In this document: positions 27,894 through 37,744 of the stretch, piece by piece
Layout: each line of letters opens with the position of its first letter
Position numbering within the stretch: the first letter of the stretch is position 1
Assembly (NCBI GenBank): GCA_035483915.1
Contig: DATHPL010000483.1
Location: forward strand, 1-56,554
Source: Bradyrhizobium sp.
Lineage (GTDB): Bacteria; Pseudomonadota; Alphaproteobacteria; Rhizobiales; Xanthobacteraceae
Reading direction: 5' to 3'
DNA length: 56,554 nucleotides
Notes under the pieces: generated by a model
What the model was told of the DNA's origin: nothing
Seen by the model: only the letters and a program-made list of their open reading frames with translations
Database searches by the model: none
Position numbers and translations under genes: made by a program

Positions 27894-29231
27894 CTATTCG
27901 GAGGAGATTGCCCGCGACGCAGCCCGGCTTGGCTGAGGGTGTTCGGGACGTGAAAGTCCGAGATGCTCACGCAAGGTATGGCCGGTGTATTCGGTTCGGA
28001 GCAGCCCGCGCTTCTGCAGCACCGGCACGACGTGATCGACGAAGGCGTCGAAGCCGCCGGGGAACCAGGCCGGCAACAGATTGAATCCGTCGCCGGCGCC
28101 AGCGTCGAACCACTCCGTCATCTCGTCGACGATCTGCTCGGGTGTGCCGCACATCAACTTGTGGCCCATGCTGATGCCGACCAAATCACGCAGCTCGCGC
28201 ACCGTCATCTTACGGCGGCGTGCCGTCTCGGCCAGCGTGATGGCGTGCCCCTGCATGATGGTCGACGGTGGCAATTCCGGCACCGGTCCATCGAGCGGAT
28301 AGGACGACAGGTCGTGGCCAACGCGCTCCGACAGCACTTTCATCGCGTAGACCGGATCGGTGAGCGCACCGAGCTCAGCAAGTTTTGTCTTGGCCTCGGC
28401 CTCGGTCGATCCGACGATGGGGACCATACCGGGAAGCAGTTTGAGATCGGCCGGATTGCGGCCGTAGCTCGCGGCAACGTCGCGCAGCCGCCTGGCGAAA
28501 GCTGCCGCCGTGTCCAAGTTCTGATGCACCGCGAAGACAACCTCGCCATATTTCGCCGCAAAATTGACGCCCGTGTCCGAGGCGCCGGCCTGCATGAACA
28601 CCGGATAACCTTGCGGCGGGCGCGTGATGTTGAGCGGGCCCTTGACGTTGTAGAACGCGCCGGTGTGATTGAGCTCATGCATCTTCGTGGCGTCGACGAA
28701 CTCGCCGCTCGTCTTGTCCATCACGAAGGAGTCTTCCTCCCAGCTATCCCATAGTCCCTTGACGACCTCGACGAACTCCTCGGCGATCGCGTAGCGCTCC
28801 TTTTGCGGGGGGTGCTTCGTGGTCCCGAAGTTCGCGGCGGCCTCGGCGAAGGCGCCAGTGACGATATTCCAGGCAATGCGGCCGCCGCTGAGATGATCGA
28901 GCGATGCGAGCATACGGGCGAGATTGTAAGGCTCGGTGTAGGTCGTCGAGGCCGTCACCGCGAGGCCGATGCGCGTCGTCACCCGCGTCAGCGCGCCGAG
29001 CAGCGTCAACGGTTCGAGCCGCAGCACCATCGAGGGATGCATCTTGGGAAACGAATTGAGCCCGTCGGCCAGAAAGAGGAAATCGAGTTTCCCGCTCTCC
29101 GCTTTCTTTGCCGTCGCCTCGATGAGGTCGTAGTTCTGCGCGCCGGCTTGAGCTTCCGGTAATCGCCAACCCGACACGACGTTTCCGGCGGCCAGGAGAA
29201 GAACGCCCAGGTGCATTTGCCGCTGGCTCAT
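27894..29231 (-). CDS. NtaA/DmoA-family FMN-dependent monooxygenase
   Basis: LEPLTLL, LDHLSGGRIAWNIVT, PPQGYPVFMQAGAS and TLREHLGL motifs. Confidence 0.92.
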   Translation of the reverse strand: MSQRQMHLGVLLLAAGNVVSGWRLPEAQAGAQNYDLIEATAKKAESGKLDFLFLADGLNSFPKMHPSMVLRLEPLTLLGALTRVTTRIGLAVTASTTYTEPYNLARMLASLDHLSGGRIAWNIVTGAFAEAAANFGTTKHPPQKERYAIAEEFVEVVKGLWDSWEEDSFVMDKTSGEFVDATKMHELNHTGAFYNVKGPLNITRPPQGYPVFMQAGASDTGVNFAAKYGEVVFAVHQNLDTAAAFARRLRDVAASYGRNPADLKLLPGMVPIVGSTEAEAKTKLAELGALTDPVYAMKVLSERVGHDLSSYPLDGPVPELPPSTIMQGHAITLAETARRRKMTVRELRDLVGISMGHKLMCGTPEQIVDEMTEWFDAGAGDGFNLLPAWFPGGFDAFVDHVVPVLQKRGLLRTEYTGHTLREHLGLSRPEHPQPSRAASRAISSE

Positions 29232-29313
29232 GTGGGCTCTCCCTGGCCACTGCCAGCGCTTGGCAGGACTGCGCACGTATTCTGAACGAGACTAGAGACG
29301 GTTTTATTCACGG

Positions 29314-30423
29314 TCAAATCTGCGATGCCTGACTCACATCGTCCAGAACTGCGTTCGCATCCTGGATGCGCCAATGCACCTCGACGGCATCGCCGATGGA
29401 AAACACGCGCTCCGAGCTGCTGCCGATCTGCTGGATGACGGTCACCTGCGTGCCGGCAGCATTGACGACATATTTGCGCGAGCGGCCCAGATACACCGTC
29501 TCGCTGATCGTTCCGGTGACATTGTTCTCGGTGGCGGAAATCGGCTCGCCCGGACCGCATAGGCGTGTCCGCTCCGGACGCACCGCGACAGAAACCTTCT
29601 GGTTTCTTGCGAACTCGCCGCTGCATCTTGCGCGCAGCGAGAGCCCGCCGCAATCGACTTGGCTCCAGCCATCCGACATCTCTGCGACCGTGCCGGGAAA
29701 CAGATTGGTTTCACCGATGAAGTTGGCGACGAACCGCGTCCTCGGATGCTCGTAAAGATCGGACGGCGTACCGAGCTGTTCGATCTTGCCATTATTGAAG
29801 ACCGCGATCCGATTACTCATCGTGAGCGCTTCTTCCTGATCGTGGGTCACATAAATGATCGTGATGCCGAGATTGCGATGCAATTGCTTGATCTCGAGCT
29901 GCATCTGCTCGCGCAGCTTCTTGTCGAGTGCACCGAGCGGCTCATCCATCAGAAGCAGCGGCGGCTCGAACACGATGGCGCGTGCGACCGCCACGCGCTG
30001 TTGCTGCCCCCCTGAGAGTTCGCTGGGCAGCCGCTTTCCATGGGCCGCAAGTCCGATCAGCGAGAGAACCTTCGCTACGCGCCGCTCGATATCGGCGCGC
30101 GGCACGGAGCGCATCTCGAGCGGAAATGCAACGTTCCTCTCGACAGACATGTGCGGGAACAGCGCGTAGTTCTGGAAGACGACACCGATGTTGCGCCGGT
30201 ACGGCGGCAGCGGGTTGAGCGGCTGCCCGCGGAGCAGGATCTCGCCGCTGGTTGACGGGGTCAGTCCGGCGATCATCGAGAGCGTCGTGGTCTTGCCCGA
30301 TCCGGAGGGCCCAAGAAAGCTCAAGAATTCGCCGGCCGCGAGTGTTATCGAGACGCCATCCACGGCGTTCACGTCAGCGTAGGTCTTGCGCACGTTGCGC
30401 AGTTCGAGAATAGCATCACTCAT
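29314..30423 (-). CDS. PotA-like ABC ATP-binding protein
   Basis: GPSGSGKTT, VFQNYALFPH, LSGGQQQR and MDEPLGALD; C-terminal TOBE-like region. Confidence 0.92.
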   Translation of the reverse strand: MSDAILELRNVRKTYADVNAVDGVSITLAAGEFLSFLGPSGSGKTTTLSMIAGLTPSTSGEILLRGQPLNPLPPYRRNIGVVFQNYALFPHMSVERNVAFPLEMRSVPRADIERRVAKVLSLIGLAAHGKRLPSELSGGQQQRVAVARAIVFEPPLLLMDEPLGALDKKLREQMQLEIKQLHRNLGITIIYVTHDQEEALTMSNRIAVFNNGKIEQLGTPSDLYEHPRTRFVANFIGETNLFPGTVAEMSDGWSQVDCGGLSLRARCSGEFARNQKVSVAVRPERTRLCGPGEPISATENNVTGTISETVYLGRSRKYVVNAAGTQVTVIQQIGSSSERVFSIGDAVEVHWRIQDANAVLDDVSQASQI

Positions 30424-31238
30424 GAGCGGCCCATCAACGGAGAGCTGCTGCTGGAGCGGCGCGTGACCGCTTCGAGCAGCAACACCAGCAGCGAGAAAAA
30501 AAACAGCAATGTGCCGATCGCCGCGATGGTCGGATCGACATCGCCGGTGACGTCGGACCACATCTGTACGGTGACCGGCCGGAATGTCGGTGAGCCGATG
30601 AACAGCGATACGACGAGTTCGTCGAACGAGATCACCATCGCGAACAACAGTCCGGACAGAACGCCGGGCAGGATCAGCGGAAACACGATCCGCCGAAACA
30701 CGGTCCAGGGAGGGGCGCCGAGGGTGAGCGCCGCTTTTTCGTAGCGTTCGTCCACCATCTCGAGCGAAGCGAGCACCGTCGAGGTCACGTATGGCACCGT
30801 CAGCATCGTATGCGCGAGCACGAACCCGAGCAGCGTGCCGTTCAGGCTCCAGATCTGGAAAGATCCATAAGTTGCCGCCGCGATGATGATCACCGGTATC
30901 ACGATGGGCGCCATCAAGAGGCCGGTCACGACGCGCTTGCCGGGAAATTCACCGCGCGAGAGGCCGAGTGCCGCCGCTGTTCCCAGCGCCATGGCGAGGA
31001 TCCCGGTTGGCACGATGATCTCGACGCTGACGACCAGCGAATCGAACCAAGCGGGATCGCTGAACAACTTGCGATACCACTGTAGCGAATAGCCGGGGGG
31101 AGGGAATGCCAGGAATTGCGCAGAGCTGAATGAGATGATGATCACGATTGCCATCGGCGCAATGAGGAAGATCAGCAGCAGTGCGCAGACCGCGATCCGC
31201 AAGCCGTTCCAAAAGCGCTCCGTCCGAATGTTCATCAC
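30420..31238 (-). CDS. PotC-like ABC permease
   Basis: FPPPGYSLQWY, EKAALTLGA and ISFDE motifs; start 31238 or 31235. Confidence 0.9.
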   Translation of the reverse strand: MMNIRTERFWNGLRIAVCALLLIFLIAPMAIVIIISFSSAQFLAFPPPGYSLQWYRKLFSDPAWFDSLVVSVEIIVPTGILAMALGTAAALGLSRGEFPGKRVVTGLLMAPIVIPVIIIAAATYGSFQIWSLNGTLLGFVLAHTMLTVPYVTSTVLASLEMVDERYEKAALTLGAPPWTVFRRIVFPLILPGVLSGLLFAMVISFDELVVSLFIGSPTFRPVTVQMWSDVTGDVDPTIAAIGTLLFFFSLLVLLLEAVTRRSSSSSPLMGRS

Positions 31239-32122
31239 GTTCGCCTCGCCCGATTGCCGATGCGGAACAGCAACGCGAACGTGACGGTGACACCGAACAT
31301 CAGCACGAGCGCGAGCGCGCCCGCGACACCCCATCGGCCGAGATCCGCGACCTCGACCTCGATGAGTTGCGCGATCATCGTGTCGCCCGCTCCGCCGAGC
31401 AGGGCGGGCGTGATGAAATAGCCGAGCCCCATCACGAAAACGAGCACCGTGCCATTAATGATGCCCGGCCAACTGAGCGGCAGGTAAACGCGAAGGAAAT
31501 TTCTGACCGGGCGCGCGCCGAGACTTGCCGCAGCGTTCGTATAGGAAGCGTCGATGCGCACCATGACCGAGTAGAGCGGAAGTACCATGAACGGCAGCAG
31601 GATATGCACCATGCCGACCAGCACGCCGATTCGGTTGTGGACCATCACGATCGGCGTATCGATAATGCCGAGGTCGATGAGCGTGCGATTGACCAGTCCG
31701 CGCGACTGCAGCAGCACGAGCCAAGCGAACGTTCGTACCAGAATGCTGCTCCAGAACGGAATCAGGACCGCGAAGATCAACAGGCGCTGCACACGTCCGC
31801 GCGCCCGTGCGATCGTGAAGGCGAGCGGATAGCCTGCAAGAAGACACAGCAGCGTCACTGAGCCGCTGATCACGACCGTGTTGACGAGCGCGTTGAAATA
31901 AACCGGTTGTGCCAGTAGTTCGCGAAAGTTCTGGAGGCCCCAAACCGGCTCGGAGACGCTGCGCAACAGCAGTCTCCCGACCGGATAGATGAATACGCCG
32001 ACGATCAGGATCAGTGCAGGCAGCACGAGCAGCGCATGCCTGGAGGGCGCCGGTCGCCGGGCGCTGAAGCTCAACACCGTGATGTCTCCACGCGGCAGCG
32101 ACCCATCAGCCCCGGCTGCCAT
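31235..32122 (-). CDS. PotB-like ABC permease
   Basis: PFWSSILVRTFAW, LPFMVLPLY, AAASLGA and TPALLGG motifs; start uncertain. Confidence 0.9.
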   Translation of the reverse strand: MAAGADGSLPRGDITVLSFSARRPAPSRHALLVLPALILIVGVFIYPVGRLLLRSVSEPVWGLQNFRELLAQPVYFNALVNTVVISGSVTLLCLLAGYPLAFTIARARGRVQRLLIFAVLIPFWSSILVRTFAWLVLLQSRGLVNRTLIDLGIIDTPIVMVHNRIGVLVGMVHILLPFMVLPLYSVMVRIDASYTNAAASLGARPVRNFLRVYLPLSWPGIINGTVLVFVMGLGYFITPALLGGAGDTMIAQLIEVEVADLGRWGVAGALALVLMFGVTVTFALLFRIGNRARRT

Positions 32123-32243
32123 TGTGCCGAAGTGCGGCTGCTGACTGCCTCGCAAGCAATCCGCATTGCCGCGTCACGCAGGCCCGCCAAACTCACCGCG
32201 CACCGAGACGGCTTTCCGGCCGGGATGGAGATGCGCTTTCGGT

Positions 32244-33341
32244 TTACGCGAGCTTCCACTGTTCCCAGCGCTGTGAAAGGGTTTTCAGATTGTCTCGCCA
32301 GTAGATTTCGTTGGTGAGAAGGCCCTTGCCGGCGTACACCGGATTGGTCGTCAGCCACGGCTTGACTGGCTCCTCGATCATATTGAAGGCATCTGGGTTG
32401 GTTGGCGCGAGCGCCATGAGGTTCGCGACTTTCGCCTGCGCTTCCGGCATCGTCATCGCACTCACAAGTGCCATCGCGACTTCGCGGTTCGGGGCGTTTT
32501 TCGGAACAACCAGATAATCCACCGACTGGATGTGCTGGTCCCACTCGATGCCAATCTTCGCGCCCTTATTGACTGCGTCATAGGCCCGGCCGTTGATGAT
32601 CACGCCGAGATTGACCTCGCCGTCGACCATGAGCTGCTGCGATTGCGAATTGGTCGTCCAGAAAATCGACTGCTTCTTGATGGTGTCGAGCTTCCTGAAG
32701 GCACGATCGACGTCGAGCGGATAGAGCTTGTCGGGCGCGACGCCGTCGGCGAGCAGCGCAACTTCGAGCATCGGCGCCACCCGGTCGCGCAGCATTCGGC
32801 GTCCCGGGTATTTCTTGAGATCGAACAGATCGGCCCAGCCCTTGGGGGGATCGCCCTCCTTGTAGGCCGTCATGCTGTAGCCGAGGTTGTAGGACCACAC
32901 GATGTCGCCGATCCCGTCGGCATGGACGTAGTTCGGATTGATCCTCTTCACATCGACGACGCCGGTGTCGATCTTCTCGAACAGGTCGTCGGCCGCACCG
33001 GAGTAGAGGAAGTCGATGGTGACATCGACGACGTCCCAGGTCGGCTTGCCGGACTCCAGCATGGTGCGCAGTTTGCCGTAGTTCACCGGGCCGTCTTGCA
33101 CGACCGTTGCGCCCGTCGAAGCAGAGAACGAATCGCAGAACGCCTGCTTCTGCGCGTCCTGATAGCTGCCGCCCCAACTCGCGAAAACGACTTTTTTGCC
33201 ATCAAACTTCTTCTGCGCGAAGGCCGAACGTGGCAGCACCAGCAATGCCGCCGTGCCCGCTGCCGCCGTGACAAGCTTGCGCCGACTGAGATCGGGTGAC
33301 AGGAAATGATTTTTGACCCTGCTAAAAGACTTCGTGGTCAT
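32244..33341 (-). CDS. PotD/PotF-like ABC substrate-binding protein with Tat-type signal
   Basis: SRRKLV twin-arginine motif; SWGGSYQ, WDVVD and ALLADGV...LYPLDVDRAF motifs. Confidence 0.9.
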   Translation of the reverse strand: MTTKSFSRVKNHFLSPDLSRRKLVTAAAGTAALLVLPRSAFAQKKFDGKKVVFASWGGSYQDAQKQAFCDSFSASTGATVVQDGPVNYGKLRTMLESGKPTWDVVDVTIDFLYSGAADDLFEKIDTGVVDVKRINPNYVHADGIGDIVWSYNLGYSMTAYKEGDPPKGWADLFDLKKYPGRRMLRDRVAPMLEVALLADGVAPDKLYPLDVDRAFRKLDTIKKQSIFWTTNSQSQQLMVDGEVNLGVIINGRAYDAVNKGAKIGIEWDQHIQSVDYLVVPKNAPNREVAMALVSAMTMPEAQAKVANLMALAPTNPDAFNMIEEPVKPWLTTNPVYAGKGLLTNEIYWRDNLKTLSQRWEQWKLA

Positions 33342-33530
33342 GGCAGTTCTCCCTGTCGCCCAAGAGTCGGCGTCTAGCACTGGTCTGGGCTTGGAAACTC
33401 ATGGAAATAGTATCGGCAATTTGAGAAGCGTCAACAGTCAGTTTTAATGGGCTTCAAATCAGCGCAGGACGCGGTAACATGTCGCGTCAGAGCTGCGGAT
33501 GCTCGCCGGGCGAACCGGGAAGGACCTTGA

Positions 33531-35678
33531 ATGAACCTCGAAGGCCTGCTGCGTCCACGCACAATCGCGATTGTCGGAGCGTCGGAGCGTCCCTCGATCG
33601 GGCGGGCCGTGATGGAGTCGCTGGATAGGCTCAGGTTCAAAGGCGAAATCTTTCCGGTCAATCCGCGCTATCCGACCGTGCTCGGCAAGCGCTGTCACCC
33701 GAGCTTGCGTGAGCTACCGGAAGCCCCCGACGTCGTCGCATTCTGTGTCAGCACCGATCGCGTGCTCGACGGCATCAGGCAGACCGCCGAGATCGGCGGG
33801 CGCGGAGCGGTCATCTACGACGGCGGCTTCGCCGAACGCGGCGATGACGGTAAACGCCTGCAAGCCGAGATTTCCGGCATCTGCCGCGAGAGCGGAATCG
33901 CGTTGTGCGGGCCCAACTGCATGGGCGTGCTCAGCCCGCACGATGCGAGCACGACTTACATGCAAGAGGTGCGCGTGCTGGACCAGCTCGCGGGTCACGT
34001 CGGACTCGTGTCGCAGAGCGGATCGATCTGCATCACTTTGCTCGCCGACGTCCGGCGCTACGGCTACAGCCATGTGATCTCATCCGGCAACGAAGCGGTG
34101 GTCGATTGCGCGGCCTATCTCGAGTTTCTGGTCGATGATCCCGAGACCAGGGCGATTGCGCTCTTTCTGGAAACGGTGCGTGAACCGGATCGCTTCGTTG
34201 CCGCGCTCGATTGCGCGGCAGATCGTGGAAAGCCGGTCGTGGTTCTCAAGGTGGGCCGATCGGAGCGTTCACAGCGCGCCATTACGACGCACACGGGCGG
34301 TCTTGCGGGCGAGGGCCGCGTCTTCTCCGAAGTGTTGCGTGCTCACCGGGCCATCGAGGTCGATGATCTGGACGCGATGAGCGAACTGTTGGCGGCCGCA
34401 GGCGCCGCGCGACGGCCCGCGGGACCTCGTATCGGCGTGGTCACGGCGTCGGGCGGGCAAGCCGAACTCATCCTCGACGTCGTGAGCACTGCTGGAATCG
34501 ATCTGCCGCCGCTTGGTGCCGACATCCGGCGCCAGGCCGAGGACGTGATCGGGCCACTCACCGGCGATGGCAATCCGCTCGACGCCTGGGGCAATGGTGA
34601 CTTCGCGCGCAATTTTTCGCACGCGCTGCACTGCTTCGATCAAGCCCCAAACTGCGACGCGATCGTGATTTGCTCGGATGCCGCCGACGGCAATCCCATG
34701 GGCCGTGTCGACCGCGGTCTGAGCTATGCGCGCATCCTCGCCGATGCTGCGGGAAAGAGCGGCAAGCCCCATTACTTGATGGGCATGAGGCCCGGCGTAC
34801 TGGAACAGGCGCAGGTCGATCTCTTGCGCGATCACGGCATCCCGGTTCTCGGCGGCGCGCGGCAAAGTCTCGGTGCGATCGCGCGTCTCGGCATGATGAC
34901 ACGGCCACGACCGCCAGTGGCGATCACCGAGACCAACGGCGATCTTTCTCGCCTCATCGCCGAGCCGCCCGGCCGGGCGACTATTCACGAAGCCGATGCG
35001 AAGCGGTTCCTTGCGCAGCACGAACTGCCGGTGACCCGCGAAGTGCTCGTGAACGACTGGGAGCAGGCGCAACGCGCCAGCGTGGAGATCGGTTGGCCGG
35101 TTGCCCTGAAGGTCGTGTCCGACGACGTCGCGCACAAGTCCGAACATGGACTGGTCGCGCTGTCGATCCGCAGCGAAAGCGAGTTGCGGGCGGCGTTCGA
35201 TCGCCTGATACTCGCGGTCGAGGGGATGACACCGGCCGTCGAAATCGCTGGCTTGCTCGTGCAGGAGATGATCGCCGAGGGTATCGAGGCGTTCGTCGGC
35301 GTGAACCGCGACCCTGATTTCGGGCTGGTGATCGCCGCGGGTCTCGGCGGTGTCGGCATCGAGATTTTTCGTGACTTCGCCCTGCGGCTGCTTCCGCTCG
35401 CCGAGGGTGAGGCCGCAGCCATGATCGCGGAGCTCAAGGGCTATCCACTGCTGTGTGGTGCACGTTCACCGCAGCCCTACGACATCGCTGCGTTCGCCGA
35501 CGTCATCGAGCGGGTCGGCGCGGTCGCGTTCGCGAATCGCGATCACCTCGACGGCATCGACCTCAATCCGGTGAAGGTCTTGGCCGCGTCGAACGGCTGC
35601 CGCATTGTCGACGCCCTGATCATTCCATCCAGAAGGACAAAGCCCGATGAAAAAGCTCGTTCTGCGCGAGAACGATGA
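33531..35678 (+). CDS. NDP-forming acyl-CoA synthetase (acetate-CoA ligase family, fused alpha/beta)
   Basis: IAIVGAS, GPNCMG, SQSG, SSGNEA, THTG (phospho-His), NPLD, HKSEHG and DLNPV motifs. Confidence 0.9.
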   Translation: MNLEGLLRPRTIAIVGASERPSIGRAVMESLDRLRFKGEIFPVNPRYPTVLGKRCHPSLRELPEAPDVVAFCVSTDRVLDGIRQTAEIGGRGAVIYDGGFAERGDDGKRLQAEISGICRESGIALCGPNCMGVLSPHDASTTYMQEVRVLDQLAGHVGLVSQSGSICITLLADVRRYGYSHVISSGNEAVVDCAAYLEFLVDDPETRAIALFLETVREPDRFVAALDCAADRGKPVVVLKVGRSERSQRAITTHTGGLAGEGRVFSEVLRAHRAIEVDDLDAMSELLAAAGAARRPAGPRIGVVTASGGQAELILDVVSTAGIDLPPLGADIRRQAEDVIGPLTGDGNPLDAWGNGDFARNFSHALHCFDQAPNCDAIVICSDAADGNPMGRVDRGLSYARILADAAGKSGKPHYLMGMRPGVLEQAQVDLLRDHGIPVLGGARQSLGAIARLGMMTRPRPPVAITETNGDLSRLIAEPPGRATIHEADAKRFLAQHELPVTREVLVNDWEQAQRASVEIGWPVALKVVSDDVAHKSEHGLVALSIRSESELRAAFDRLILAVEGMTPAVEIAGLLVQEMIAEGIEAFVGVNRDPDFGLVIAAGLGGVGIEIFRDFALRLLPLAEGEAAAMIAELKGYPLLCGARSPQPYDIAAFADVIERVGAVAFANRDHLDGIDLNPVKVLAASNGCRIVDALIIPSRRTKPDEKARSARER

Positions 35679-36456
35679 GCGCGTCACGATCGTCTCGCTC
35701 AACCGGCCGGAGAAGCTAAACGCCGTCAACAAGGAGCTGCGGCTGGCGTTTGTCGAGGCCATGCGCGCGGCCGACGCCGATCCGGACACGCGCGTCGTTC
35801 TGCTTCGGGCGGAAGGGCGCAGCTTTTGCGTCGGCTACGACATCGTCGGCGGCAACGACATCGAGCCCTGGCGTCATGATGCGCTGAAGTGGCAGGACTA
35901 TCTGAAGGAATGCCTCGATTTCGAGATGGTGCCCTGGGACATGAAGAAGCCGGTCGTCGCCGCGGTGCAAGGCCACGCGCTCGGCGGCGGCTGTGAGCTC
36001 GTGCTTTTCTGCGACCTCGCGATCGCGGCCGAGGACGCGCTATTCGGCGAGCCGGAGATCCGGTTTTCCAACGCCGGCCCCGCGATCGTGATGCCGCTGA
36101 TGGTCGGCTACAAGAAAGCGCGTGAGCTGCTCTATTTCGGGGACTCGATCGACGCCGCGGCTGCGCTCGAGCTTGGGCTCGTCAATCGTCTCGTACCGGC
36201 GGTTGAACTCGCGGGCGCCTCGTTGAAATACGCGAAGCGGCTCACGCTGATCTCGCCCGAAGCGCTCTATCGGACCAAGCTGTCGATCAACCGGGGCGCG
36301 GACGCAACAGGCTTCCGAAACGCGCTCAATGCAGGCCTGGACACGATATCACCGCTCTATGCTGCCAAGACCGAAGAGGGCAGCCAGTTTCATCAGATCA
36401 AGGCACGGGATGGGCTTAGCGCTGCGTTGAAATGGCGTGCCGCCCAATTCAAGTGA
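35647..36456 (+). CDS. Enoyl-CoA hydratase/isomerase family protein
   Basis: LNRPEKLNA, SFCVGYD, GHALGGGCEL and FGEPE motifs. Confidence 0.92.
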   Translation: MKKLVLRENDERVTIVSLNRPEKLNAVNKELRLAFVEAMRAADADPDTRVVLLRAEGRSFCVGYDIVGGNDIEPWRHDALKWQDYLKECLDFEMVPWDMKKPVVAAVQGHALGGGCELVLFCDLAIAAEDALFGEPEIRFSNAGPAIVMPLMVGYKKARELLYFGDSIDAAAALELGLVNRLVPAVELAGASLKYAKRLTLISPEALYRTKLSINRGADATGFRNALNAGLDTISPLYAAKTEEGSQFHQIKARDGLSAALKWRAAQFK

Positions 36457-36596
36457 GACAGCGGACCTTCATGCTCGAAATGATCGGGCCGCAGCCTGCT
36501 AAAGACCGTCAATTTTAATGAAGAAGAAAATAATTGAGTGGTATTAAAAAAAATGTAAGGCTCGAGACTGTGATTGGCTAACAGCGAGCATTTCTC

Positions 36597-37226
36597 ATGG
36601 CACGGCAGGTCGTACTGGCCATTTCCGGCAGCCCCTCGTCAAAATCGCGTACCGCGTTAGTTGCCCAGCACGTTTTGGGCCTTCTGGGAAACGAAAACCT
36701 CGAGACCCGGTTTATCTCCGCGAGAGACCTTCCTGCCAAAGCGCTGCTCCTGGCCGATACGTCTGATCCCGCGATTGCCGCCACGCTCGCTGCTGTGGAG
36801 GAGGCGAGCGGAATCGTTTTCGCGACGCCAATCTTCAAGGCTGCTTATTCCGGTCTCTTGAAATGCATGCTGGATATTCTCCCGCAATTTGCGCTCGCCG
36901 GTAAAGCGATCCTGCCGATAGCAACCGGCGGGAGCGTCGCTCATGTTCTTGCGCTCGATTACGGTCTGCGGCCGGTGCTCCAGTCGATGGGCGCGCGGCA
37001 TATCGTCCAGAGTCATTTCATTCCCGAGAAAGATGTCACGATAGAGGGGGAACGGATCATTCTCGATCCGGCGGCAGCCGTGCCGCTCGCCGAAGCCGTA
37101 CACCACTTCAAGGCATCGCTGGGCTTGATTGCGATCGACGCTTTGATGGGACATCCGCGGCCGGTGCGGCCGACGCTTGAGAACAGTTCAATTCCCTTCA
37201 CGGATGATGTTGGAGCGCGGAAATAA
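36597..37226 (+). CDS. ssuE: NAD(P)H-dependent FMN reductase
   Basis: ISGSPSSKSRT, ATPIFKAAYSGLLK..LD.LPQFALAGK.ILPIATGGS.AHVLALDYGLRPVL. Confidence 0.88.
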   Translation: MARQVVLAISGSPSSKSRTALVAQHVLGLLGNENLETRFISARDLPAKALLLADTSDPAIAATLAAVEEASGIVFATPIFKAAYSGLLKCMLDILPQFALAGKAILPIATGGSVAHVLALDYGLRPVLQSMGARHIVQSHFIPEKDVTIEGERIILDPAAAVPLAEAVHHFKASLGLIAIDALMGHPRPVRPTLENSSIPFTDDVGARK

Positions 37227-37744
37227 CCGAGGTTTTTTCGCGCTCGCAGATGCCGCCAATATAGTCGAGACAAACCCTCCGGTATCGGCAAAAGGACGAC
37301 CGCGTGACTGCCGCGGCCGCGAGCGCGGCGGTTCCTCCGAGCGTCTGCGCGAAAGCAATGACTTTTCGAACCGACCCATGGCGCTCCTGCTGATGAAACC
37401 GGCGCGCGGCGGTTTGAGAGAGAATTGAGCGAAATTCAAGAGCCGCGGCCCGCTTCGGCCGACCAAAACGACATTCCGACGCGACCATCCAAGTCGTCGC
37501 GTGCCGGATAAAGGACCGAAAACGTCGATGAATGAAGCCGAAAAGCGGACTCGTTCTCGTGTTCCGGTGCGATCAAAGGCGCCGCCGCTTTCCGCAGACG
37601 AGCATGGGCCGATGCAGCAGAAATTTTGGCTGTATTAAAATTTTCTTGTTGCGCTCGATTGATCAAGCTAGCAAAATGATGTGGGTTGCTGAGGCTTGCC
37701 GCGACGCGTGGACTTGCGCTGAGAGGACTTCAGGGAGAGCGCAC

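Noticed and set aside
27963-35147. Long antisense ORFs (27963-28754, 32532-33299, 34269-35147 and similar elsewhere)
   Set aside because: Shadow frames of well-supported genes in high-GC DNA, with no motifs
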